Assembly: GCF_018350175.1 (NCBI RefSeq) | Contig: NC_058382.1 | Coordinates: forward strand, 60,638,001 to 60,698,000 | Direction of reading: 5' to 3' | Source of the DNA: Felis catus | Taxonomy: Eukaryota | Length of the DNA: 60,000 bases | Part shown: one piece after another, positions 44,501 through 54,482 of the stretch | Position numbering within the stretch: position 1 is the first letter of the stretch | How the letters are laid out: every line of letters begins with the position of its first letter | Made by a program: the position numbers and the translations under genes | Notes under the pieces: model-generated | Told to the model about the DNA's origin: nothing | Database searches by the model: none | The model's input: only the letters and a program-made list of their open reading frames with translations

Positions 44501-47500
44501 CGCGGGCTCCTCACCTGGGCGGCGCCCTCCTCCTTGGTGGCCGCAGCCCCGGCCCGGCCCTGGGGCCACTGATCCACGTGAGTCAGTTCCACCTCCTGCT
44601 CCTCGTCGCGCCCGGCCGCCTCCTTCCTCTGCGGGGACCGGCACGGAGCTCAGCCCCCGGCCCCAGCAAGCCGCCCGGAGCGGGGTTGGACCCCGGGGGG
44701 GGGGGGGGGGCGCTGGCCCAGGAAACCCACCTGGTCCAGGGGCTGGTGTGTGCACAGCTTGAGGAGTGAGGTCACGGTGTAGTAGAGGAGCAGCAGGACG
44801 CCGGGGCTCACGTACACGGGCCAGTCATGGCTGGTATCGAGGACCAGCACGTTGGGACCGGAGCAGTTGCTGTAGGCCACCAAGGCCTTGAGGCCGAACA
44901 CCCTGCCCAGAGAAGGCGAGCCGCTGAGCCGGGCCGCGGGAAGCCAGGGCCAGGCCAGGGGAGGGGAGGGGGGGGGGGGAGGGGAGGGGGAGGGGGCCGG
45001 CGCAGGCAGGCCTCACCTGGCCCAGATGCCGGCAGGGGGCAGCACGGCCTGGGCGAAGGGCGTCTGGTAGCAGTAGACGCAGATGAGGTGGCCGGCGCTG
45101 AAGCAGCCCACCATGACGCAGAGCGTGCTGGAGCCCAGGGGGCCGATGGGAAAGTGGCAGGCCCACCAGGTGCAGGTGGCCAGGAAGACCAGGAAGTAGA
45201 CGCCGGAGAAGGCCGAGGGCTGGGCGATGCCTGCGGGACGGGACGGGGCGGAGGCGTCCGGTCCGGGCCACGTGGCGGCCGGTGGGGAGCCCGGCGGGCT
45301 GCCGAGACCCCTCCCCGCGTGCCGGTTGGCGCCGGGGCCCCCGCCCCTTGCCCAGCGGGTACCTGCCAGCGCCAGCAGCAGGATGGCCAGCGTCCGTCCG
45401 GCGGCCACCAGCAGCCAGTGGGCCGTGACCTGGAACCGGGTGGCCAGCCGAGACCTCTGCTTGGGGGCCGGCACGGGGGCTCCGCGAGGCCCCGCCGGGG
45501 AGCCGGCGTCCGCTTCCCTGTCCTCATCGTCCTGCCGAGGTCGTGGGGAGGGGCAGAGGTCAGGTGCACGGCACTCGGGCCACACAAGCGGGGAGGAGGC
45601 CTCCCTCGAGTTCACAGGCCCTCCTGGAGGTGGGACCCGGCCCCCACCCGTGGTGACGGCTGGCCCCGGGTTATTCCGGAACCCCGCAAGTGCCTCTTTA
45701 CCTCCCTTTCTAGATCAGGGGGACCCCCAGGGCAGGGCAGGCCCCGCAGATTCCTGCACACGCCCTCGAAGCCCCTGGGTCCTGAGAGGCCCGAGTGCTG
45801 ATTTTTAGGGAAAATACACCATGTCACCGCCCTTCACGGTTTACAGAGCACCTTCATGTCTGTGCCTCACGGTCCTGTGGCTGAAGCCGCACTTTCCTCG
45901 TGGGTAGAGAAACGGAGGCGCGGAGGAGACCGTGAGGGGCACCCCGTTTGACCCCGCTCCCTTTCTGCTGCCTGTGGGGCTCCTGGAGAGCCAGGGGCAG
46001 GCGGGCCCCCCAGGCCGCACAGAGACCGGGCCTCCATCCCCGGTTCCACTCAAAGGTTTCCCAGAACGGAGCCGTTTCCTGGACGCCCAGCCCCGCTCCC
46101 CCCGTGTCCCACCTGCACGTTGGATGCCACGCCCGGGCCTCTCCCAGGGGGTGGCCCTCGGCGTCCAGACTAAGTACACGGGAGCCAGGTGACCTGCTCG
46201 TGTCCCAGCTCGTGCCTCCTGGCTGCGCGGCCTTGGGTAAGTCACCTAACCTCTCTGAGTCTGTTTCCCGTCTGCCAGATGGGCGTGGGACCAGAAAGGT
46301 GCTGCCCTCACAGGGCAGGAAGGGAGTGGGGAGGCCATAGGGAGGAGTCCCTGAGCAGTGATCAGAAGCAGGGGCAGGGGCAGGCCGGGGGCCCTGGGGC
46401 GCGGGACGGCTGGGACCCCAGAATTCAGAGCAGGGGGCGTGGGGCCCTGAGGGGTGGGGGAGGCGTTCGCGGGCAGGCACAGCAGCCAGGCCTGCATTCC
46501 CACCCGCGCACAGCTGGCCGAGGCCCTGGGAAAGTGTCCGCCGGCCTCTGAGGAGTCAACATCTGCGAGGGGGGGACGGAGGCAGCCGCTGGGGGGACAG
46601 GCAGGTGCTCGGGGCGTCCAGCCGGCCAGCCCTGGCTCCGGCCCCGACTCGGCAGGCCCCTCAGGCGGCCACAGGAGGCTTAGCACAAGTTTCCTCTCTC
46701 TGTCCCTCCCCCTGCGCCACCCCCTCAGAGCGTGCGTGCAGAGGCACGTGACATCGTGTCAGGATGCACGGCCGCACTCGTACGTGTCCCGCGTACGTGC
46801 GGGTGGCTCTGGGCTTTAAGACACGCCTGCGGAGGGTACCCCCAGCCCCTCGCTCTGAGGTCTGTCGACACCGGCCACCCCGGCCAGCAAGACATCACAG
46901 GCTCTCTCACGTGCCACCGAGGACACCCACAGGAAGGTGACCTGTCCCGGTCGCCGGGCAGACCGGAGTCCGGCCCCCCGAGCGACCAGGGCAGCGCTGT
47001 GCTGTGAGGGTGTAGGCAACATGGGTGGCTGGCCCCCTCCTGTCCTACCCCGGGTTTCAGGATCGAGTCTGGCCCCTTCCTGGCAGAGCCGCTCCAGGAA
47101 GCCCTGACTCCGCCAACAAGGAAAGCGGAGGCATCCACGGCTCCCTGGGGCCCACACAGTGGCTCCCACCCGTGGCTCCCTGGGGCCCACACAGTGGCTC
47201 CCATCCATGGCTCATTGGGGCCCACGTGCCTGTGGGAGCAGAGAGGGGTCACCAGGAGAAGGGTGACCCGAGGGCAGGCGGCAGGGTGGTCCCAACCCTG
47301 GCTCGACCGCCACAAGTGCCTGGAAAAGCGACCTGACCTCCAGGCTCCCGTTACACCCTCTGAAAGTGGGATCCTAGCCTGGCCCCGTGGGGTGGGGGCA
47401 GGGCAGCCCGGGTCACCCCTGACCCGCGGAGGTGGGTGGGAGGAGCCTACAGGCCCTGGGCCCTCCCCGGCAGGGGACACTTGTGCCAGGGTCCCGGACA

Positions 47501-50500
47501 GTCACAGATCCCACGGAGCCCCGGGGCCCGGGGCCTGCCGCTCCAAGGCTGAGGCCATGTGTGGGAGGCCAGGCGGGGCTCAAGACCACAGCCCTCGTGG
47601 GGGGCAGAAGGGCACTCAGGCTTCAGCCGTGGGGGACATCAGGGGCCCTGACCCTCACGCCTGATGCTGAGGGAAAGCTCCCAGAGCAGGACACCCCAAG
47701 GACAGTCTCTAGATCAGGACCTCCGCCACCCCCCACCCCGTGCCTAGAGGCCATCGACACTCCCTCGGGAGTGGCATCCACCCTCGGTGCCCCCTGACGG
47801 CCAGGAGGTCGGCCCCCTGCACTGCTGACTCCCCACTGCCCCGTGGCCTCCAGGAACGGTTTCTTAAGGCACAGACACGCGTGGGATCCCCACAAGTTCC
47901 CCCGAGATGGAACCCTCCTAGGACCGGGTCTGGCAAACACACAGGCTGAGGGGCTCACAGGGTAGCCCCTCGCCCCAGGAACGGGACACACGCCTTCTCT
48001 CACCCCCGAGGCCTCAGCTCTCCGTAATGGACACAAACCGACCCTTAAACTAAAAAGTGCACGTTTGTATAAAAATGAAACAGTCGCAGAGTCCTCAAAC
48101 GGCCGGAAGGACCAAGAAGCCCCGCCCCCAGCACGTGGGCACCCGGCCCACCTACGGCCCTCACCTGCTCCTGGGCGGGCTGGCTCCGCCGGGCTTCCCG
48201 TGCCAGGCGCCCACAGAGGCCGAGGCACACGGCTGAGACCACCAGGACACCCAGGTCAGGGGCCACCAGCCGGACGGCATTGGGGATGTCCTTCAGGTCC
48301 AGCCTGCGAAGGGGCAGGGAGTGCCCACCGATCGGTCAGGAGGGCAGGTGCCAGGCAGCGGGGGGCTGGGGACAGGAAGGGAAGGGTGGACCCCAGGGCC
48401 TGGAGGCCCCAGGCAGGGAGAGGGCTTACCTCGTCACCCCTACGTGCTGGGACAGGATCTGCCAGGGGCTGCCTGCGGAGAGAGGCACGGGGGGACGGGG
48501 TCAGGCGGTGCCCCACGGCCCTGCCAGGAATCACCGAACACCTGGCCTCTGGGCTGCTCATAAAACGCTGCCTCTACTAGCAGGGAAACTGAGGCTCAGC
48601 CAGGCAAAGCCAGGGGGCCGAAGGCCCGGAGGTCTGTCTGCAGAGTGGGGATTCGCAGCCAGGAGCCCAGGCCGGGCACTCAAAACCCCCAGCCGAGGCC
48701 ACGGCTCCTCGGGGTCCGCGTGGGAGGTCCGTCTCCCAGGCAGCGGGACCGGCGCGCCCGCCTGGCCCTGGAGTCCGCTCCACACCCCCTTCTGGACGGC
48801 GGTGTGGACACAGTCACCCGAAATCAGGAGCCCAGGCAGGGCGGGGGAGCCAAGCCAGGCAACGCTAGCTGTGGGGACCGGGCGCCCGCGGTTCACATGT
48901 CTGGAGTCCAGGGCGCTGAGGCCACTCCTTTCCGGAGCCGGGAGGGTGGGTGTCGGCTGGAAACTGCCCGCAGGATGAGGGGCCCGGGGCAGTGGATGGG
49001 GGGGCAGGGCACTGAGGGCCCCTGGTGCCCACGGCCACGTTTCCAGGTGCCAGAGGAAGATGCTGACAGAGAGAAGGGCCTAGAAGGCCAAGGCTGCCCC
49101 GAGGGCCAGATTTCGGGGTCCAGAATTAGCACCGTGCCTCACTCGGCCCAGCCCCAGGCCAAGTGTCACTGGCTCTTAACACGGGCCACGTGGGCTGAAC
49201 AGAAATCGTGGACGGGCTCAGGGGCCGGCCCATATTAGGCAAAGCCTGCTGAGGCGGGGCGGCCGGCCTTTCCTGGGGCCGCGGTATCCCCTCCCTCTCC
49301 CCTGGCCCCCAGCTAGCTGTCCCGGGCACCCCCTTCCCAGGTCCCAGTGGAAACTCACAGCTTGGCCCCAGGAGCTGGTCCAGGCGGGGCACGGTGTGCA
49401 GGCATATCTGGAAGGCCAGGTGGGCTGCCAGGAAGAGGAGGCTGAAAAGCAGCAGGGCTCGGAGGAGGCGACCAGTGTGACCTGCGGGCAGAGAGGGCAG
49501 GGGCGAGGCTGGCACAGGGCCTTCTTCCGCCCGTCCTGGGGGACCCACATCCCACCGGAGTCTGGGAGCCGGGCCAGGAGACCCCAAGCTCGGGCAGGGA
49601 CAGGCCCACATGAGCGCCCCGTGTGCCTCGCCCCTGGAGAGACGTGGCCCCACAGCCGGGGCCAGACCCTGCGCCCGGGGAGGACTCGTGGAGCCCTGGG
49701 GTCACCCTGCTCTGAGCGGTGAGCAGCTCATCCTCCGGGCAAGGAACGGAGACCGTGAGGGCCCCACGCTGAGCTCGAGCCCCGTCTCAGGACTCGGGCT
49801 GTGCGCGGCTCGCCCCAGATCCTCACTGTGCCGCCAGCGGACCCCTGGCTCGGGGACAGAGGCGTCCGTCTCTCCTGCCCAAGGCTGGCACGCTCGGAGC
49901 CCCTGCTCAATTGTGTCCCCTCGCCCAGGGGTGGCCCAGCGGGTGAGACCCCTGGAGTGCCGCGTGAGCACACGCGCCGGGGAGGCCGGGGCCGGCCCTT
50001 GTCCACGCTCTGCCCCACCTCACTTGGCTGAGGCTCAGAGGACGCGAGGGGCTCCCGGGGGCGGCCCAGGCAGGACTTGGACGGCTTCGCTGACACTCGT
50101 TTCTAGGTCCCTCCCGGCCCCCGACCCTCGGTAGGGCAGGGGTGAGCGAAGGGGAGGGCAGGGTGGGGCCGCGGAGCACTGGGAAGGAGAAATGGAAAAT
50201 GAACGGAACGTCTGGCGGTCGGCCCTGGCCGGGCCGGCTCTGCTCAGAGCACCGGGCCAAGAGCAGGGGGAGGCCACGGGCCTCCCGTCAGGAGGAGGGG
50301 TCGGGCTACCTGCGGGCGCTGTGCGGGAGCCTGCGGGGAGCCACCGCTGTGCCCCCCTGCCATGAGCCTGCGGGGGCGAGGGGCTGAGAAGGCTGAGCTT
50401 CCCTCCACGTCAACTCCCCTCTGCCCTGCTCACCCGGGCAGCCCCTCCCCTGCACACCTAGGAGGTCCCACCAGGAGGCAGTGGGGGAGCACCTGGTCGC

Positions 50501-53500
50501 CCCCGTGGACGCCCAGGCTGGCCTCGGACGCTACGGGAGCCGAAGCCTCAAGAGCCAGGCTGCTGGGCTCCTCGCACACACAAGAACCCGGGGGTCAGAG
50601 GGGCGAGCCCAAGGCTCGAGACCCCTGGGCGGGAGTGCGCCCCCGCCCCCGCCCGTCGTCCCGTCCGGCCCCTCTTGGACCTCTGGCAAAGCGCCAGCTG
50701 TCACCGCTCCCCTCGTCACCCGCCCCTCCTCATACCTAGTTCACTTCTCGGGTGGGCGTGCCGTGTCCCAGACCACAGGCCGCCACCAAGCCAAAGGGGC
50801 CAGGGCGCTGGCCGTGGGGCTGTAGCTCCCTGCCAGGTGGGGGCTGGCTGAGCCAGACGTGGGAGGAGCAGGGAGGGGCGGGAGGGGCGGGAGGGGCGGG
50901 AGGGGCGGGAGGCCCGGCGCATCCGGCCAACACCACCGACCAACCTGGACAATCTCCCACACTGCCCACCTGAGCTCGGCTCGGGCGGTGGGAGGACGGC
51001 ACAGGGGTGGGGGGCAGGCGAGGGGCTCCTGAACCTGCCGGGGGTGGGGCGGGCAGAGGAACAACCCCTGAGGATTGTGAGGTTGGGCCCCGAGAGCTGG
51101 GAGCGGGCGGGGAAGGGGCGCCGGGGGGCCCGGCCGCCAGCTCCTGTCCTGGGGCCCGAACGCCACTCGCCCGGCCATTCGAGGCCCGCACACACAGGCC
51201 GCGACCCCCACCGTGTCCACGGCAGGGGAGAGGTGCGCAGAAACCACCCACCCTAAAGGACCAGGGGGTCGGGCTCTCCAGGAAGTGGGGCTGGCGGGCT
51301 GTGGACCCGGGGGGCAGAGGCAGCGGGAGGGGCTTCCCAGAGGGGGTTTGTACAAAGAATGTGACCCACAGCAGGAATCCCGGGCTTGCGGCCCCCCAAA
51401 CCCCCCTCATAGCGGCAGCTCCATCCCCCACACTGTGGGGCGTCCCTGCCTTCAGCGGGGAGGGTACCTTGTCGACCGCCGCCCTTCAGCCCTCTGGGCC
51501 TTCCTTCCTCACCCACCCACCGCACCCCCAAAGGCCTCACTCGCACACCCTCTTGGGGCCAGCTGTTGGCAGACGCCCCCTCTCCTGATGGGACCCGGCC
51601 CCTGGGTGCACGGGGCTGGGGTGGGGGGGGGACCCTTGGAGCGGCTCCTGGGGATGTTCCAGGAAGTGTGCTAAGAAGCTGGGGGAGGAGCGCCCGCAGT
51701 CACACCCAGAAGGCTCCAGAGAGGTGGGGGTAGGAAGGGGACAGGACAGGGGGCACCTCACGAGCCTGAGCCCCGAGCCCTGGGAAGGAGGTTCTTCTCA
51801 CAGGAGGCGGCAGGAGGGTGACAGGAGTCCCTGGGGACTCACACCGCCATCCACCCCCAGGGAGAGGGCAGGAGTACCTGCAGGGCGGGGCCAGCCCCGG
51901 GGTGGGCTTTGTCCTGAGGCGGGACAGGTGTTAAGTCCCTAAATGTGAAGCAGATGGCCCGGCCCTGACCCCCAGGCACAGGGACAGGGGACGGGGCCAG
52001 GGGTCAGCACCCTCGGGGCCCAGGCGGCGTCAGACCTTCCGCCAGATGTCCAGCCTCCGAGCCAGCCCTAACCCGATGCCAAGCGCCCCGGCACCTCCCT
52101 GCTTTCCTCTCTCCCACTCGGAAAATCCAGGCAGCCTCCCTGCTCCTAAAGGGCCGCTGAGGGTGGACAGATGGACAGATGGAGGCCAGGCAGGAAAGTC
52201 TCCGCAGCGCTCCCTACCCCTTCCCCAGCAGACCCCTCCCCCCACCGCCCATCGGGCGGCCCGCGAATACAGGCACTGGCTCCACGGGTGGACGGATGGT
52301 GGGCCTGACGGACAGACGGACGGACGGACGGGAGGAAGAGGGGGGCGCCCGGCGGGGGAGGACCTGTGGGAGGTATAGACCCTGCGGCCTGAGCTGGACC
52401 AGATGTCACAGGCTAGGGAGGGGTGACCAGCCAGCCTGTAGGGGGCAGAATGACACCTGCCCCCCCCCCCCCCGATGTCCACACCCCAATCCCTGGATCC
52501 TGTGAACACGCTTCCTTACGGGGCAGAGGGGAACCAAGGCTGCCAAGCAGCCGACCTGAAAACAGGGGCTGACCTTGGATCCCCAGGGAAGGCCAGTGTC
52601 ACCACAGGGTTCTAGCGGTGGACGGGGGCGGGAGGGCCAGAGTCAGCGTGACGAGGGGACACTCGACGGGCCGTTGCTGGCTTGGGCAACGGAGGGAGGG
52701 GCCGTGGATGCCTCTAGAAGCCGGGAAAGTTGAGGAAACGGATCCTCCCGGGAGCCTCCAGAAGGAAACGGGGCCCGTGACACCGATGCCGGCCCGCGAG
52801 GCCCGTGCTGGTCTCCCGACCCCCCGCCCGAGGGACGAGGCTGTGCTCCAGTGGCCACAAGAGGCTCAGACGCCTCCGAGGCCCGGAAGCAGCCAGCAGC
52901 TACACCCGGCGCCTCAGAAGGCGGCACCTGTGGCCCGCCTCCCTTCACGGGTCCTCAGCTGTCACGGCCAACGCGGACCTCGGCCCGGCTGGGGCTACTT
53001 TTTCACCTGTCTCTGCCGGGCGCTGGCGCTCATGCTGCTGACGGCCCGCTTCTCCCGGGGACCCTCACTCAAGCCCGGGGGCCCGTCCCCCCTCCAGCTC
53101 CGAGGGGACCTTCCCACCCACGGGAGGCAGAGCAGCCTGTGGGGCAGGTCCCTGAGCGCTGCCCTCCCTGAACAGCTGGGACAGGTATGGACACTGATGC
53201 ACGCGGACAGAGGCGGCCGGAGCCCAGGGTGAGAGTTTGGACTCCATCTGTCCCCGTGTCACCTGGCTGCAGGTCCGCACCTGTTCACGGCGGGCCTGCC
53301 TGCCCTCCCGCACGGGGTTCCCGAGATGGGGCGACAGCCTTCTGGGATGGCTCCGAGCCGTGAGCCCGCCTCCGGACCCTCCTGTGGGCACAGCCCCTGC
53401 CGGGTTCCCCACGTCTGTGTGCCTGGTGGACACAGGAGACTACGTGCCCACCCTCCAGGGGCTCAGGACCCCAGACGGGGCCTCGAGTGCCCAGCTACCC

Positions 53501-54046
53501 ACATGACAGGGTGGCTGGCGATAACCCGAACCCCACGGAGCTCGCGCAGATGGCAGGAGCCTGACTTCGGGGGGTGGGGGCAGGGGCGGCTGGATATAAG
53601 GGGTTGGCCGCAGCCTCAATGGGCACAGTGGTTCGGGGGGGGGGGGCGTGGGGAACAGGAGAGGGAGCCCGCAGGAAGACGGCCCGTCTCACAGTGCCCG
53701 GGAAGCCCCAGGGACGAGGGGGGATCCGTCCAAGACCCCAGAACACACGGCGAGAGAAAAGATTCTGAACTTAGCCAGAGGTCGACAATGGAAAACAACG
53801 GAGCTTGGGACCACGCTTCCTTTACCCCGGCCGTTGAACCGCCCGGGGCCTCCGGGGAGCACGCAGCGCCCCGGCCCCTGGAGGCCGGCTGGTCCTGTGG
53901 ACGAGTCCCCACCCCCCACCCCCGGCAGGAGCCACTTTGCAAGCCCTTACCTGGGACGCTGTGCGGAGAGGGGCCCGGGAACCAGGGCAACAGCAGCAGA
54001 AACAGCAGGTAGACCAGAGACAGGGCGTTGAAGCGGCACAGGCAGG
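26309..54046 (-). CDS. PIEZO1: Piezo-type mechanosensitive ion channel component 1, coding exons 2-51 (exon 1 outside window)
   Basis: 50 GT-AG exons totalling 7508 nt in continuous phase (about 2523 aa if exon 1 contributes 64 nt). Contains the PFEW motif [15 protein letters not shown] and the C-terminus [16 protein letters not shown]. Confidence 0.98.
26640..26829 (-). CDS. PIEZO1: PIEZO1 exon 50
   Basis: [15 protein letters not shown]...[14 protein letters not shown]. Confidence 0.94.
26921..27000 (-). CDS. PIEZO1: PIEZO1 exon 49
   Basis: [26 protein letters not shown]. Confidence 0.94.
27053..27216. repeat. 60-bp tandem repeat (~2.7 copies) spanning the PIEZO1 exon 48/intron 48 junction
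   Basis: CTCACACYGACTGGTCCSAGGTGCCCTC starts at 27061, 27121 and 27181. Confidence 0.95.
27186..27308 (-). CDS. PIEZO1: PIEZO1 exon 48
   Basis: [15 protein letters not shown]...[10 protein letters not shown]. Confidence 0.92.
27396..27568 (-). CDS. PIEZO1: PIEZO1 exon 47
   Basis: [15 protein letters not shown]...FTWNFQR. Confidence 0.94.
27655..27747 (-). CDS. PIEZO1: PIEZO1 exon 46
   Basis: [15 protein letters not shown]...FDPNP. Confidence 0.94.
27885..28073 (-). CDS. PIEZO1: PIEZO1 exon 45
   Basis: [20 protein letters not shown]...LKLGGYE. Confidence 0.95.
28335..29120 (+). mobile_element. Ancient L1 ORF2/3'UTR relic in PIEZO1 intron 44 (GC-shifted)
   Basis: AGACAGCCCGCAGAACGGGAG, GTTCTTGTAAGTCAACGATAAGACGACAGACAACCC, CCATCACAAGCCATCAGGG, TGGTGAGGACGTGGGGAGACCGG and ACAGGCAAATCC occur in L1 order. 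Confidence 0.65.
29445..29592 (-). CDS. PIEZO1: PIEZO1 exon 44
   Basis: [25 protein letters not shown]...RETEK. Confidence 0.95.
29671..29829 (-). CDS. PIEZO1: PIEZO1 exon 43
   Basis: [16 protein letters not shown]...NLFLFQG. Confidence 0.95.
29922..30136 (-). CDS. PIEZO1: PIEZO1 exon 42
   Basis: [21 protein letters not shown]...PAVTER. Confidence 0.95.
30240..30387 (-). CDS. PIEZO1: PIEZO1 exon 41
   Basis: [16 protein letters not shown]...FGFWAFG. Confidence 0.93.
30475..30589 (-). CDS. PIEZO1: PIEZO1 exon 40
   Basis: AVAAPTEG...[16 protein letters not shown] acceptor. Confidence 0.82.
30848..31142 (-). CDS. PIEZO1: PIEZO1 exon 39
   Basis: CYGLWDHEG...[27 protein letters not shown]. Confidence 0.85.
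31278..31466 (-). CDS. PIEZO1: PIEZO1 exon 38
   Basis: [17 protein letters not shown]...FFHRSQLL. Confidence 0.94.
31538..31796 (-). CDS. PIEZO1: PIEZO1 exon 37
   Basis: [13 protein letters not shown]...[10 protein letters not shown]. Confidence 0.94.
31880..32071 (-). CDS. PIEZO1: PIEZO1 exon 36
   Basis: GPGAQEPLS...[10 protein letters not shown]. Confidence 0.88.
32239..32345 (-). CDS. PIEZO1: PIEZO1 exon 35
   Basis: [13 protein letters not shown]...DAPGAAA. Confidence 0.88.
32430..32602 (-). CDS. PIEZO1: PIEZO1 exon 34
   Basis: [17 protein letters not shown]...YTQALLR. Confidence 0.93.
32696..32752 (-). CDS. PIEZO1: PIEZO1 exon 33
   Basis: [18 protein letters not shown]; 57-nt symmetric exon. 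Confidence 0.82.
32832..32928 (-). CDS. PIEZO1: PIEZO1 exon 32
   Basis: [32 protein letters not shown]. Confidence 0.92.
33438..33538 (-). CDS. PIEZO1: PIEZO1 exon 31
   Basis: [33 protein letters not shown]. Confidence 0.94.
34010..34081 (-). CDS. PIEZO1: PIEZO1 exon 30 (72 nt, lateral-plug exon)
   Basis: [23 protein letters not shown]. Confidence 0.92.
34355..34449 (-). CDS. PIEZO1: PIEZO1 exon 29
   Basis: [31 protein letters not shown]. Confidence 0.92.
34524..34613 (-). CDS. PIEZO1: PIEZO1 exon 28
   Basis: [30 protein letters not shown]. Confidence 0.94.
35040..35211 (-). CDS. PIEZO1: PIEZO1 exon 27
   Basis: [18 protein letters not shown]...TALQASR. Confidence 0.94.
35307..35403 (-). 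CDS. PIEZO1: PIEZO1 exon 26
   Basis: [32 protein letters not shown]. Confidence 0.94.
35492..35735 (-). CDS. PIEZO1: PIEZO1 exon 25
   Basis: [16 protein letters not shown]...ISKNMLS. Confidence 0.94.
35958..36111 (-). CDS. PIEZO1: PIEZO1 exon 24
   Basis: [15 protein letters not shown]...PVPNFIYCR. Confidence 0.94.
36676..36780 (-). CDS. PIEZO1: PIEZO1 exon 23
   Basis: [34 protein letters not shown]. Confidence 0.94.
36880..38270 (+). mobile_element. Probable degraded L1 fragments in PIEZO1 intron 22
   Basis: A-rich patches and ACACACCTATCAGAACGGC and GACATTCTGGAAAAG resemble old L1M; boundaries uncertain. Confidence 0.35.
39069..39273 (-). CDS. PIEZO1: PIEZO1 exon 22
   Basis: [16 protein letters not shown]...GIPPALCL. 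Confidence 0.94.
39713..39913 (-). CDS. PIEZO1: PIEZO1 exon 21
   Basis: [19 protein letters not shown]...FFYKFGLE. Confidence 0.94.
40013..40138 (-). CDS. PIEZO1: PIEZO1 exon 20
   Basis: [42 protein letters not shown]. Confidence 0.94.
40404..40580 (-). CDS. PIEZO1: PIEZO1 exon 19
   Basis: [24 protein letters not shown]...SSNCTE. Confidence 0.94.
40732..40892 (-). CDS. PIEZO1: PIEZO1 exon 18
   Basis: [15 protein letters not shown]...VWVALKE. Confidence 0.92.
40994..41100 (-). CDS. PIEZO1: PIEZO1 exon 17
   Basis: [35 protein letters not shown]. Confidence 0.9.
41480..41662 (-). CDS. PIEZO1: PIEZO1 exon 16
   Basis: [17 protein letters not shown]...LPRWAR. Confidence 0.93.
41747..41895 (-). 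CDS. PIEZO1: PIEZO1 exon 15
   Basis: [15 protein letters not shown]...LTGLTDEQ. Confidence 0.94.
41979..42157 (-). CDS. PIEZO1: PIEZO1 exon 14
   Basis: [15 protein letters not shown]...LCLTLFQ. Confidence 0.94.
42300..42411 (-). CDS. PIEZO1: PIEZO1 exon 13
   Basis: [22 protein letters not shown]...VAVADP. Confidence 0.92.
42938..43198 (-). CDS. PIEZO1: PIEZO1 exon 12
   Basis: [22 protein letters not shown]...PCLDLGAM. Confidence 0.95.
43518..43618 (-). CDS. PIEZO1: PIEZO1 exon 11
   Basis: [33 protein letters not shown]. Confidence 0.93.
44338..44431 (-). CDS. PIEZO1: PIEZO1 exon 10
   Basis: [31 protein letters not shown]. Confidence 0.9.
44515..44628 (-). CDS. PIEZO1: PIEZO1 exon 9
   Basis: [23 protein letters not shown]...EEGAAQ. 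Confidence 0.88.
44731..44902 (-). CDS. PIEZO1: PIEZO1 exon 8
   Basis: [17 protein letters not shown]...HQPLDQ. Confidence 0.92.
45017..45230 (-). CDS. PIEZO1: PIEZO1 exon 7
   Basis: [16 protein letters not shown]...PAGIWAR. Confidence 0.94.
45363..45531 (-). CDS. PIEZO1: PIEZO1 exon 6
   Basis: DDEDREAD...[16 protein letters not shown]...LLALA. Confidence 0.92.
46160..46320. mobile_element. MIR fragment
   Basis: GCCTTGGGTAAGTCACCTAACCTCTCTGAGTCTGTTTCCCGTCTG is a MIR core. Confidence 0.75.
47133..47226. repeat. 35-bp tandem repeat (~2.6 copies)
   Basis: GGCTCCCTGGGGCCCACACAGTGGCTCCCA repeated. Confidence 0.85.
48165..48303 (-). CDS. PIEZO1: PIEZO1 exon 5
   Basis: [35 protein letters not shown]...AQEQ. 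Confidence 0.93.
48430..48472 (-). CDS. PIEZO1: PIEZO1 exon 4
   Basis: [13 protein letters not shown]; 43 nt; AG|GTAAG. Confidence 0.9.
49359..49481 (-). CDS. PIEZO1: PIEZO1 exon 3
   Basis: [40 protein letters not shown]. Confidence 0.94.
50871..50912. repeat. (GGGAGGGGC)x4 repeat
   Basis: Directly visible 9-bp unit. Confidence 0.9.
52437..52865 (+). mobile_element. MaLR LTR (MLT1-like)
   Basis: TGTAGGGGGCAGAATGA...GATGTCCACACCCCAATCCCTGGATCCTGTGAA...GCCTCTAGAAGCCGGGAAAG...GAGCCTCCAGAAGGAA matches the recalled MLT1C/D layout. Confidence 0.8.
53951..54046 (-). CDS. PIEZO1: PIEZO1 exon 2
   Basis: [31 protein letters not shown]. Confidence 0.94.
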
Positions 54047-54099
54047 CTGCAGGGGAGGAGAGGGCGGTCAGCTCAGCCACGCAGGGCGCCCAGCCCGTG

Positions 54100-54385
54100 C
54101 CCGGACACCCCCAGACGCCGCCCCCCAAGGATCGCCCTGTAGAGCGCCTCCCAACATCACCCCTCAAACACCATCCTTGACGTCACCCCCAGACACAGCC
54201 CCCCAGATATCACCCCAAACTTTGCTCACAGACGTTGTCCCCTAGATATCACCCCTGGACATTGCCTCCCAATGTTACCCCTCAAATATCACCCCAGACA
54301 TCACCCCCTAAATATCACCCGGACATAATCCCCCCGACATCAAGCCCCCAACATCATCCCCCCCAGCCCACTGGACATCCCCGTT
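54100..54385. repeat. Degenerate ~13-bp minisatellite (GAYATCACCCCCA-like)
   Basis: Recurrent ACATCACCCC/ATATCACCCC units just upstream of the PIEZO1 exon 2 acceptor. Confidence 0.8.
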
Positions 54386-54482
54386 AAGCATCGCTCTAAC
54401 CCCGGGCCTCGGTACGGCCCCTACAGAGCATGCCCCCCAGATGCTGCCTCCTTCCACGTGTGAGCAACCTCACTTAGCATGT

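Noticed and set aside
26120..45801. Many long plus-strand ORFs antisense to PIEZO1 (e.g. 32049-33179, 35321-36298, 43872-44762, 44827-45801)
   Set aside because: Explained by high GC3 codon bias and stop-poor introns; no independent splice, start or domain evidence.
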